Origin: Tubiluchus corallicola
Lineage: Eukaryota > Animalia > Priapulida
Direction: 5' to 3'
Assembly: GCA_030141605.1 (NCBI GenBank)
Contig: JAQGDQ010000150.1
Location: 418,627 to 482,626, forward strand
Length of the DNA: 64,000 bases
Shown piece by piece: positions 15,001-28,300 of the stretch (positions are counted from its first letter, which is position 1; each line of letters begins with the position of its first letter). The notes beneath the pieces are model-generated. The model searched no databases. It was not told the DNA's origin and saw nothing but the letters and a program-made list of their open reading frames with translations. A program made the translations under genes and the position numbers.

Positions 15001-18000
15001 TTTGAATGTTACACAATATTAAAAAGTCAAATAATAATTTATGTAAAAAGTTCTTGCTTTATGTTATGATTTTTGCATTTTTCTTCTCGTTATATGTACT
15101 TCTTATTGTACATTTTGGTTAATTTATTTCTGCTGCATTTGGTCTCTAACAAATACATTGATAACTGTTGTGAAGGTTTGCAAAATTTATAAGATCACTA
15201 TAAAGTAAACCACTATTCAGTATTGCAGTATTTGCATAAATTTATGATTGATGCTCTGAGGCTTGGTGTAGGCTTGAGCTTTAAAATATGATTTTGTTTT
15301 TATTAATGTAACTAAAATTTATGTTCAAATTGTCTTGAAGCAAGATTGGTTAATCAACTATTTTATCAATACAGTTGGCGCCGTTTATTAGACTCACGGT
15401 TAATAGAATCGGTTACCTAATTGACTCAGAAATGCCTGGTAGGGGCTGCTCCCATTCAAATGTATACAGAAACTGCTGGCAGTTTTCTAAAAAAAAAAAC
15501 TCCACATAATTGACTCAGTATTTTTCGTTCACATACTTAAAATAAGATGTGACTAAAGAGTTTTTATTGCTTTTGTGCGCTATAATGTACGTAGAACCAA
15601 TCGTGTTAAGTACAGCCTTTATTTGTAAACAGGTGCTACTATGCTAGCATAGCGGTTTTGCTTTGACCCGATCATCTGCTTATCACTACAGTTAACCTCT
15701 TTGTTTCTGGAAGCTAAACATTTAATTACTTTTGAAGCTTCCACTGCAAGCTGCAGCTCAAGACTAGGTGATTAGGTGTTCAGCGTGTATATATGCAGCA
15801 TACATCAACAGATTCTCAACGTTTTTATCAGTATGAAAATTATATAAACCAACTTCTTCGCAAAGAAATGAAGCCACTGACATTGCACAAACTTTTGTGA
15901 TATTAATCAGATTTGTGCGAATTTTGTTATTTTTATTTTATTTTATTAATGAACAAATCAGTTAGTATTCTTAAATAATTGTACAAAGGAACTGTTTAAT
16001 ATGCTTTGCAATGCATATTAAAGTGATGAGTGATGACTCATACTTCTATAGTAGCAATATGTTGCACACGTCAACTATTGATTCAGTCTGTTAATTGGGT
16101 CAAAACACTTTTGTCCCAAAGTGAGTCTATTAAGCAATGCTACTGTATAAGCACAATTTTATAAGGTCGCTTTACATGTTTTATTATGTGTTTCATTGTG
16201 CAGGTTTTCATCAGAGAATTTGGGCTTGTCATCAGCTGTACTTGCTGTTTCTATGGAAATTGATTCATATTTTAATCCTGCACTATTGCCAACTACTCTA
16301 GCAAGTATAAATATCGGCTTGTTGCAGATACGACTATTTCATCACATGAAACATTTGGGCAAAGGTAATTATCACTGTCTAGAAATACTGTATGGCAGTG
16401 TGCTGTTTTTATATGTGATTTGATCATCATATTGAAATACAGTACGATGTCCATTCTGTCGGCTCTGGACATGAATGCAGGACTCCACATTCATTCGCTG
16501 TAATTCTATATCTGTGCACCATTGTATCTCTGTAAATTACAGTACATCCATGAGCGAACAAACTAGTTAACTGTACATCAATGGCAGTGGTTCAGGTGGT
16601 CTCATGTGAGCTTAAGCAACTCCTGTTTTAATATTGTTTCGATATTTATTTTTACCTATACTAAATTAGTTATAATTTTGTTCATAAATTATACTGGAAA
16701 ATATAAAAGGAATACCATATGCCATAGTTGATATAGTCCCATCACAAGATTGGCTTCAAAAATGTTGGCAATGTGATTTAAGATTTAACTATAAAGAGAG
16801 TATTACACAAGATAGTGGAAGAACAAGTCTTACCTTTGCAATGTTGCACATTATCATTTATAGCTGTTGTTAAAGCACAAAATGTTCTGGATAAGTTGAC
16901 AAATTTATGGCCTAATGTCTATCTTGAATCGCACTGCAACTTTTTGCTGTAAATGTCTTAAATCACCAGAACGATATTTCTTGCTAGGAATACCTGGAAA
17001 GCTACAAAACTTCAGTTTTGATGATACGTCTTTATCAGAACAAGAGTTTTTTCTTGCATCAATGGAATCAACAATCGTTTATTGTAAACAGTGGCTAGAT
17101 AATAGCCAAATTGAAGTAAGTTTTAATTGGAGCCCATACTGCAGTTGCTTAATTATTTTTTGGTGCTATTTTTCTGCTAAACTTTTATATAATCTATTTA
17201 AGTTTTTTTTTAATATGTTAGACTTGCTTGTTGCTAAGCCGATCAGAAAACTTTGAATTTGTGCAACTGCTAATAGTATTAAATCAGAAGCTGATTTCAT
17301 ATATAGGCACCATTAGATTTCAGGATTTGTATTTTTTTGGATTGGATTAACAGTATTTAACACACATTTATCTGAAAACTTTTTATATGTCATGTTTCAC
17401 ACAAGAAGAGTATAATGTTATATGTCTGTTTATAGTTTTCTACTAATGTTGGATGCGAGATTGTTGAATATAAAAACCTTACCATGCTACCACTTGTGGA
17501 AAGCTTTCATATTCAAGGTCAAATGGAATTGCAAAAAGAAATGGTTTCATGTAACTTTGATACAGATCCAGTATTTATAAGACTAGGGCAAGCTGCCATT
17601 CACAGTATAAGTGCAGCAAAAGAACTTTGGAATTCGGTTTGTATATAATTGCTAAACTTTTTCACGCATCTTTTTTAAGATTATGAGGTAAAAGTATTAA
17701 GAAGTAACTGAATCTTTTACTTGTAAAGGCTTGCCAAACAATTACTGTTAACTTCACCTAATACTAATGTCAATAGAACATTGTTTGTTAAAAGTAGGAT
17801 GTTCTTTTAAAATGTGTTATGCAATATTTCTTCGTCTTTTAACTGTAGTGTCATATTAAAAAAATCATGGTGTTCGAAATGCCAACGTGTGTGTGTGTGT
17901 GTTTTTGTGTGTGTGCGTGTGCATGCGTGTGTACTTAAATCGTCATGTGTCCTTGAAATGTTTGTGATGTTCTCATTTTAATTTCTTTCAGGCATCCAAT

Positions 18001-19186
18001 ATTGAAGATGATCAAGTTGTTCTAAATGCATACATTGTCTGCAATGACACACAAGAGACAATTCTATTTGGACAGGTTGGTATTTGCTTTAGATTAGTTA
18101 TTTCTGTAATACAATTTTTATTGTCTATTTTTACATTAGTTCTAATTTTTTATTGTTTTTTAGGCTTCAACCGATGAGATCATTACGTTGTGTAGTAGAA
18201 AGATGCACGCATATAGTTGGCGGAGCCACAAAGTTAAACAGGTCTGCTTTTAACAGATATTAAAGTCTATGTTATGTGATTACATTTACAAGTTTTTATT
18301 CTTAGTACGTGTGTGCGAATTAACCAAACTTGTTTGCAAAAATTAAGTCTATTGATTAATGCTGATTTAGTGAAATCATGAGTTTGAAATGAATTTTGGA
18401 GACCTCATTTCATCTGCATTTGTGTAGGCTAGACAAATAATTTGTAGGCATGCAGCCAGAGGGCTGTATTAACAGAAAAGAAAATGTGTATCTTTCATAT
18501 TTAATTTTAAAGCACAAGAAAACCTCCATTTACATAAAACTTAAAAAATTCATCTTGAAATTTTATACCACTTACGTACTGCCTTTTTGCATGCACGGCT
18601 TATGCTGACAGTAACGCTGTATAAAACTATTGGCTAGGGGGTCGTAATGTCTTAGACTATTGGACTGTGGGGCCTTTTGATTGGGCAATTTGTCTGGACT
18701 ATCAGTTGGATTATATGAATAACTGAAAAAAATTGCACATTAGGAATGTTTACTAATTTTTGAGCTTACGTACTTGTAGTAGCTATGTGCAGAGCAAGAT
18801 GCATACTTGAAAGTTTAGAATTTGTGGTATATAAAAATCCTGTGGCTCTATTTCTTATTTACTCACATTTATTCACCTTTGCACATTTATTAAATTTTTG
18901 CCCAGAATTTTTGGCGAAGGCTTTTTGTTTGTAAACATACTTAGCAGCTGAATCTATTTTCATTTACAGTATTTTGAAATGATAATTCAAACTTGAGGTA
19001 AATAGAGCTTTGGGTATCATTTTGGTGATTATTTGGATTTTGAGTTTGTTGTCACATCACCATATTTCTATTTCATAAGTGCTTGTTTTGCTGGACCATT
19101 AATTTGTATTTTATAATTTTTAGTCAGTAAAATACTACTACTATTACTGCTACTGCTGCTGCTGCTACTGCTATTGCTACTGCTAG

Positions 19187-19271
<85 letters not shown>

Positions 19272-19365
19272 GCTACTGCTACTGCTACTGCTACTGCTAC
19301 TGTTACTGCTACTGCTACTACTACTACTGCTACTAGTACTACTACTACTACTACTACCACTACTA

Positions 19366-19398
<33 letters not shown>

Positions 19399-22300
19399 AC
19401 CCAAACTTCTCGTATAATCATTTAAACTCTTGTCTTTCAACATGCATACTGTGTTCATTCTTTGCACACGTCTCATATTAATTTGTGTCATATTTTAGGA
19501 ATTAAGGTTCAGTTTAGATGGAATGGGTGGAAATTGGAGTACAGGATTCTCCATAGATAAGCTGGGCAATTTTGTAGCAGAAATACTCTGTGAAGACATT
19601 ACCAAAATATTAATTGTGAAGATAAGACAACTAACAAATTTCCAAAAACAGGTAATTAATGCTGTTACTATTTTTCTGTTAACTTTCAGTAAGTATATAG
19701 TAAAACTTGATTTCACAGTTTTTTTGCAACAATTGTGCTGTAAATAATAAATGACTAATAAAGGGAGGTGTTTCCAAACTTAATTTATGGCATATATGTG
19801 CCAATGTAACAAGTAAAGACACATTTTTTTCATAATGCGCCATAATTGACCTGAACTTGTGATACTATTTTATGAACTATAATTATTTCAGATAATCGTC
19901 TTTGGAGAACTGATACTTTCTAACAGATTAACTCAGCAGTTAGAGGTGGACATTCGCTATCATAACAGTGAGAATATACAGCCAGCTTGGAAGTATTGTT
20001 GTTTGCCCTTATTGCAGAAATCTTCCTTGCCATCCTGTGTTCTGCAGGTGAATGGCAAATTTCCTTATTTTAACAAGACACTGGGTTTAACAGTCGATTT
20101 ATTAGGGTATATACATCAGTTTAGATTATTATGAAAGTAGTTATAATTAGTCTTTTTTGGCTTGTTTTTTACAGGTTTTGTAAAAATCTGTTTATGTTAA
20201 TAAGAAGTTAAGTTATAAACTTTTGTTATATGGCTGCTAGATAAATTATATTTAATTTTAATGAACGTACTAGCATAGAAGGATTTGGCCGCCATTTTGT
20301 GCTCTTTTCTATAGAAAAGTATGTTGTATCTGATGTGTTCAAATGTTGATTTATTTTTATTTTCTCCCAGAATGATGTTGATGTAGTTTTAAAAGTCCGT
20401 CTATTGAGGTTTGATACGGATTGGTCTCATTCAGTTCAGTTAAATGATGTTGAAGGTGAGCCACAGCTTGTCAAGGTACCACTCGTAGAGAAAGGCAGCT
20501 TTATACATATTTGGTGTCAAATGATAAAGCAGAAGTTTGGTGACATATTCCAAAAACTGGTAATCATCTATTTAGCAGTTATAAATTATTTTAACTTTTA
20601 GACTTGCATCAAATTGTAGCTTTTGCATTAGTGCGTATTTTTTTGTAATTATTTACCGGAATTGTCTAGTGTGCCAAATTTGATGCCCCTTTTTATGGAC
20701 AGAGAATTAGCTAATTAAGTCAATAGAGTATTGAGTCATTTACCTAGATGAAAAGAAATTTTTTGAACAAACAAAAGTAATTTTTTGTATGATGTCTAAA
20801 GTTAAGAACACATAGCTTCAAACCAAATTAAAGGACATTAGAGTAAAAGCCCAGTCACACCATTGCTTTTTCACAAAAGTTAAACGAACATGTTCTTAAA
20901 CAATATTATGATTGATTTTGTAAAATAATCAGTGAATTAAGTAAATAATTAGATGATTTTACTATGCTTTAGCTGTATTCCTGATCACATCACACAGTTT
21001 TCTGTTTGTGTGACCATTTAGTGCTGACGTCATGGTGGTAAAGCTGGCATTCTGTTTAGTGCTTTATCATGCATTGACTGGTTCATCCAGACAACTGATC
21101 TGATCGGGTTGGTCTACTTGCTCAACAAAGTAATTTGTCCACCTATAAACTACTGAAAATTATGCACAGTTTGGTAAAAAGTTCAACTCCTTATGATATA
21201 CAATTCCTCCGTTAAGAGCAATTAAATGGCAATGGTACATAGACTGCTAGGAATACACTATACCATAGAGTCATAAGCACATCATTGTATGCTGCTGTCG
21301 AAACAGTTATTAGTTAATGCGTTGTAGTCATAGGGATGGTTTATTCTTAAAACTGCAACGTTAATTAAACTATACTTTTTAAAAGTGTTATTTTATACAA
21401 AAAAATTTTACTGCGTTTGCATAAATACTTACAATTACAATTACTTTTGGGTAGTTTTGGGCAAAAGTAGTAGTTTGCTAACCTTTCAATTTAAATGTGT
21501 TTAAATTTATCCATCTGTGGAATGTGAACTGCTAGCTAGTGCACTCGAGTGCACTGGGGAATATTTGCATAAACGGCCTCGTGTTTCACTTAGTACTTGC
21601 CAAATAGTATACACAGTCAGTTATATACATTTTTTATTAGCTGTGGAGTTTAGAGCAAGCAAAATTGTACCAAAGCAGTGATCTCCCTATCCGATTATTA
21701 CTCTCTATATTTCTCCATATCAGGTGAATTTGACAGTCACATTAAAATTCCTTTTTAGTACTAATAAATAGATGTGTGTTACATTTAATATTAGTTAATT
21801 TGAAACAAATCCTTTCCTTTAGTAAGTGGCGTGTAAATATTTAACAAATTTAATAAATGTACATGACAAAAGACACCCTAAATGGCTACCAACTTTTTGC
21901 TAGCAACAATTAAGGATTAAAATCTCAGTTTAATTGTTTTGTATTTGCTTTAAAAATTTCTATCTGTAGAGTTTTGGCCCAGTACATGTGCTGGTAAATG
22001 ATTGGTTGAATTGACTGAAATTTCTGTCAACTTCTGCATGAAGTTTGCAGATAGAGTAACATGAATGTTCAAATTGATCGTGTTTTATTAATTAACTGGG
22101 GTGGTTGTCACACATAAAGTGTTGGGAATTTGATTTCGTTATTTCTCTTTTTCACAAGTAGATGGTTTTTATGTGCATAAATAATGACCAAGCTTTTACT
22201 TTAATATTTTAATTTCAGACTAAACTTCCATTTCTGTCTCATAGGTATTGTTCACACCACTCTTTGTGGTACGTACACATTTACCACTGTCTCTTACTAT

Positions 22301-25300
22301 GAACATTCACACCCCACGAATCAAGACAACTCAACGTATAGAACTTGAAGGTCAAGGACGGGAACATCAGTTATGGCCTGTTGGTGGTGAACTCACTCAT
22401 AGCGTAACGTTCCAGTTAGCGTGCGTACCTTATTTATTACTTATTTTGTTTAGGACCAGTGATTCCGTGGACAGTATAATGACGTTAGGTCTCTAAAGTG
22501 GTTTTATGTGGCTGCATAGGACTACATTTTTGCAATTTATTGTTATCAAGTAAAAAATTTATAAAAATTTGAAAGATTCTGGTACCATTATAACCGTTCC
22601 ACTTTTGCTCAAACTGTGTTTCACGGCAATTTTTGACTAAGCGAAAGTAATCCATAAAAGTCAAACACAAAGTTCTTCCTTCAAAAATACCACACTAAGC
22701 TTTTGTTCACAAGAAATTGAACATCATCAGAGCAGTCAGAAATAAGTTCAACAATGACATTGTATCAGATAAACTGACAAGTGAATTATTAAGTTGAAGG
22801 AGTTTATCAATAAGTAAATTGATACATTTAGATTCAAGACTGACAAATTACCTTACTATTGAAATTTTAAACCAAGAAAGCAATCTTAGTATAACTTAAG
22901 ATGTTAGTTACTTGAAAGTTTGGTTTCATGAATTTTATGAAGATTCAGATCAGCAGTGAACAATGCCACTGTTACAATGGTGCAATCATAACATGGGCAC
23001 TGTTTGCGTGTTGTACACTTATTTCATGCATAGGGAAATGACAAAATCATATAAACATGGAAGAAATACTAAATTAGAAAGCCTAAACATTTTTGCTCAG
23101 CTGGATTTGCACTACTTTCCTCTACTTTTTGAGCAGCTTTGTTAACCGTTATAACACAGAGGTACTCTGACTTTTCCGACCCAGAAATTTACATTATAAG
23201 CCACTAGAGGTTTATCAACAGAGGAATCACAGTCCACACTATATGAACACATAGTACGAAATCAATCATGTAAACACACAAAAGCAATACTAAATTAGAA
23301 AGCGTGAAAAATTTTGCACCTCCACTAGCACTCAAAACCTTCTGTGCTTTGGGCCGCTATGCTAATCCATGCCATAGATGTATTCCAATTTTTCAAATTC
23401 AGAAATTTACACTATACTCCACTAGAAGATCTTGGAAACTTTTGTGGTTAACTTTTTATTAGACTAAATTTACTATGTTTTATATTTTTAACTATGTTGT
23501 TTGTATTTTTAACAGGCCACAACTAAAGCCCTCTGCTCCTACATTGCCTCTGTCAGTAGGCATGATTGAACAAGTACCAAGATTACCATTAGAAAATCCT
23601 GATATTGACCATCTTTGTCAGTCGTGGCAATCTGATTACGAGTTGCTGTGGCCTTATAATTCTGCAGATAAAGAAAGGTGTTGTATAACATGATTGCATG
23701 ATAATGTCGGATTTGTTTTTTCCTGTTTGTTTGTTTTATGTAAAGTTTTTCAGTTATCGAATGCTTACATTAAACACTAATATATTTCTTTCCTTTTTCT
23801 GTTAAAACAGGTACATAAAGCAGTTAAGAGAATGTTGTTACAGTTTACCCCAGAGAACGGCTATTGTCGAGTTTTACTTGGAACAGCCTGACATAGAGCT
23901 TGCAGTAGACATGTCACAACACTGGCCTGGTTGTAATACTTTATTAATGGATGTTAAGCCATGGTGTTTGATAATCAATGATACAGATTACCCACTTGTT
24001 ATTTCTTGTAACATCAATGCTGAGTGGACTATCCCGAGCAGCCAAGTGCTGGCTCCGCCTAGATTTGAGGTCAGATAATGTTCCTATTATAACTTTTCAA
24101 AGGTTTTTGTTATTATAAAGCAGCTGCTAACTGAAGTGGTGGATATTGTAAAGTATTATGAACACAACTCAGTTGTTCAAGAAAATGGTTTTTGTGATTA
24201 ATTGGTTTCGTGGAGCTGGTGTTTCCGTGTCTATGTATTTAGTAAAAAACTCATTTTATTAAATGCAGTGCACTGCAGTGACCAGTATATGTTTATGATT
24301 AAAAGCACACTTTCTAATATGTGTGTGTGTGTAGCTCTGCTATTAGATCGTGTTAAATTGTTGTCCTTCTTCACTGTTTTATATGCTATATTGTATGGCA
24401 ATACTAGTTTTTATAGTCATTTTTCTATCATATAATTAACCTTTCTACATTTGATCTAAATTTATCTATGGATTTCATTATTTTCAGAATACATTTAGGA
24501 TCGGTCTTCCAAGAGGTGATGAAATGTTTTATTCTGATCCTTTATTCCTGTCGGAAGAAGAAGACCAGTCATTAAGATATCATCCTGCAATACAGGGTGT
24601 TCTTTGCAAGCAAGGCTACACGCATACTACATTGTACATGTGCAACAGTGCTAAAGTGCAGGTATTGCAGACAGAACATTGTGGCAGCTTGTAGTTATAG
24701 TTAGGAGTTTTGTTTTTGAATTGGGTTCAAACACTTTAATAATTAGTTTCGCCTAACTGACAGTTAATAAGGATTCATAATACCGTTACTTGGAGTAAAA
24801 CACTACCCTACTTGTCGTCAGAATTAATTTGTGTTATTGTGGAAATCATTTCAAAGAATAGGAACTTGGTGTCTTGATTTTACAGCCAAAAAGCTCTGGT
24901 TTTGACCTTTTGAGAGAACAAAGTCATGTGTTATAACTGGGAATTTGAAAGTATTTAATTAATTACCTGTATAAAAATGTCCTCAGTTATCTTTTGTTTT
25001 TGTTTAGTTTTCAAATTTCTGTTTTGGAGAACATAGTTCTCAGTATTACATTTCTTTTCTCAGTATTACATTTCTCATCTGTTTTGTGTGAAATGAATTT
25101 ATGCGTTATCTGTAGTTATTATTATTTAATTTCATTAATCTTTGTGAACTTTTTCAGTGTTGTTATTTTACTCTCCAGTCTACAATGAAACACGGCATTA
25201 GACTTGTAACTGTAACTTCTCGTGTTGCAATTGTCAATATGGTGGAGTATGACCTGTATGTTAGAACCTATGCTATACCTAATACAACAGAAAAAGTAAG

Positions 25301-28300
25301 ACATTATTCATTTTTTAGAATGTTAGTGAGCTGTTGATTTATTTTTGTTAATAACGTATTAACTATTAAACATTAATAAACTGTGGAAACAATATGACAG
25401 GCTAATTTTTTTTTCATTTTAATGGAACTTAAATTATTATATTTTAAGTGCGTTGAAGTGAATAAGCAATCTTTAAGAGGCAAAAAGCACAATATGGAAG
25501 ATTACTTCTGGCATTAACATGATGTCTTTAAATTCTATTTATTATTAATAATTAAGCTTTTTAGTCAAGCTTATGCAATAATCAAAGTTTTATCCTCAGA
25601 TTAATTATCTGGAATTAATTATGTTTTAGGTTGACGTACAGACACTAGATAGTTATCCAACTTGTCTGTCAGCCTTTAGAGAGAAATTAGCCATTCTTCA
25701 TTACCTTCTGCTGTGGGACATGCCAGCTAAAGAGCTTGATGATCAAGTTCCTGGTTTATACAACAGTCTTACTTTGTACCTAAGTTTGAGTCATGGGGAG
25801 TGGGAGTCATATCATCCCACAAGTTATACCTCACATGTCAGTTATCCTCTACGGCTGAATCTCGATTGTGATTCACGACAAGTCTTAGCTGTGCCATATC
25901 TTGACAGTAGCAGTTCAAAAGGTAGTGTCCATAATTTAATTACAAACAGTGTATATCTACTGGAAAAATCTTTGATGTAAATGGATTTTTTTTTTAAAAT
26001 GAAAGTCACATAACTAAGCAAAAAAACATACTTTAGTTTCAAAAGTTTCATTGTGATGTTTGTATATGAAATGTATTAGTTCCGAATTTTTATTTTCTAA
26101 CAAGTAAATTCCCGAGTGTTAGTGAGGGTGATTTTTACAAATTTACAATTAACTTTGAAGGTGATCCATGAAAATATGCAAGGATAATCGAACTAAGTTT
26201 ACAAGATTGCTTTTCATAAATTCCTTAATAATTACACTGATAATGATTTCTTTTATATGTCACTGAAGTTTATTTTTGTAAATTGCCCTGAGGTGGTCCT
26301 CATAAATACAAACTTTATAGGTGATCCTGATTACTTTACTGATCTTTGTCAGTTCCACCTTTTCTTCATGACACATGTATAACAAGGACAACAAACACTG
26401 TTGTTTTTGCTATATTTTTATATGTATTTGAAAATTTTTTAGGTTTGAAGACAAGATGTTATTCTGTATCGGTGCAGTTATTTGAGGGTGTTGTGTACGT
26501 GATGATTGACAATGAGGATTTTCCGGATTTATTGCTATACAATAACTGCTCATTTCTTCTTAATTATGGACAATGTATGACTCCACCAGTAAAAGGTTGG
26601 AACAAGTCTTTCTATTCGAAATAATGCTTTTAAAAACTCCAATGATATGTAGATATATGGAATTTGAATGTTTTTATATCTTTATTTACATTTCAACCTC
26701 ACTTCTGTTTTTCTAGGTCTTACAGTTCAAGAAGAGTCTGAGTTGATAGCTCAGTTGCCAATAATCATTCCAAAAAGTTCTGCTCACTACAGCTTTTCGC
26801 TACTGTCAAAAAAGTTTCCTGAAATCAGTCCTGTACAAAAGCCACAACTCCATTTAGGACAGCAAAAGGATGATATGCTGTACTGGAGTTCTGGTAAGAC
26901 AACTAGGCAAACCTACCACATATATAATTAAACTTAATTATAATATAACACAATGTAAAAGTAGTAACTATATCTATTAGCGTATTTATGTTTGGCCTCA
27001 TTCACAAAATCTTGTTTTTGTTGCACCAGCTTTGTACTAGACATGTTATCCATTTTGCTGACAGTGATATCTGTCATAACAGCATGGCTGCCTGAGTGAA
27101 ATGTCATAATCGAATTAGATTTGTTTTTAACAACAGTAAGGAACAGCTTTTCTGGTTAACTGATAGTCATATATAATCTTGCATGACTTGCACAAACATA
27201 CATAATTTACATGATTTTGAACAACTTATTGTTCAACCTGTTCCTACCTGCTCATAGAACGTAGCTCATACGTTCAGCTGCATAAATTGTGTAAACTTGG
27301 ATAAGCTTACATAAGTTTGAGATGGCATTTTTTGATTGAGCAAAAGGGAATAGATAAGTCATCATGAATGATGTCTGTGCTTGCAATTGCTTCTTGGTGG
27401 TTTTGTCTATTATACTGGCTATTTCTTTCACTGAGAGACAAGAATGTGAGTTCTAGCATCTAGACATTACCAAACACTTCTGCCAGTTCTGTGCCTCATC
27501 TCAGAGGCGCAGGCTTTACCAGTGATCGTTTGATTAAGCCGGGAAAATACTCGTACAAACATGAGACTACAAAAGTACTATTTCTTAATAGGAAAACTTT
27601 GTTGGAAAACTATTTTTGCTATTAAAGTTAGTCCTACATTCCACATGCATATTCCCATAATCATTATTCAGAATTTTTTATTGTGAAAATGTGGCATTAA
27701 AGTAAATGTATGTCATTTTTAGCGACAACAAAATTATTTCTTTTGGCAGGTATATCTATTGAGGAAGAGCATGATCAGCTAGTGACTATTCCAAACTGCT
27801 GTGATGTCAAAATTCATTTAGAAAAATTTGGTCACACCATGCATATATTTATAGACTCCGTAACCAGAGCAGAAGTTTCTGCGAAGGAAATACGCAGTCG
27901 TTTCACAACAACTGTAGTGCGTGAGGAAACTGATAAACAACCAATCTCATTTCATTCGTATAAGGAGGAAATTGAAAACGAACAAGATAAGTCATTGCAA
28001 TTCCCAAAGGCAGATCTGCCACAAAGCAAACACATTCTTAAAATGATTGATTTGTCAATCTTCCTTCAGCAGTGTTGCTTTATACTTCTTGATAACGTAA
28101 CATTTTCGTCATACAACAGAGAAATTGCAAGAGTAAGCATGACTCATTTGCTTTTAGCATATTCACCTAACAAAGTGAAAAGCATATCGCCTAATAAAAA
28201 ACTTAATATGACAGAATGTAATCTGCTGATTTGTGTTGAAAATTTGCAAATCGATAATCAGATGATTGGTCAGGGCAATTTTGATTTTCCGGTGATTTTG

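Noticed and set aside
19068-19425. Poly-Ser, poly-Val and poly-Leu ORFs
   Set aside because: Translations of an intronic (CTA/CTG)n microsatellite; the VPS13B frame joins 18241 to 19499 without them.
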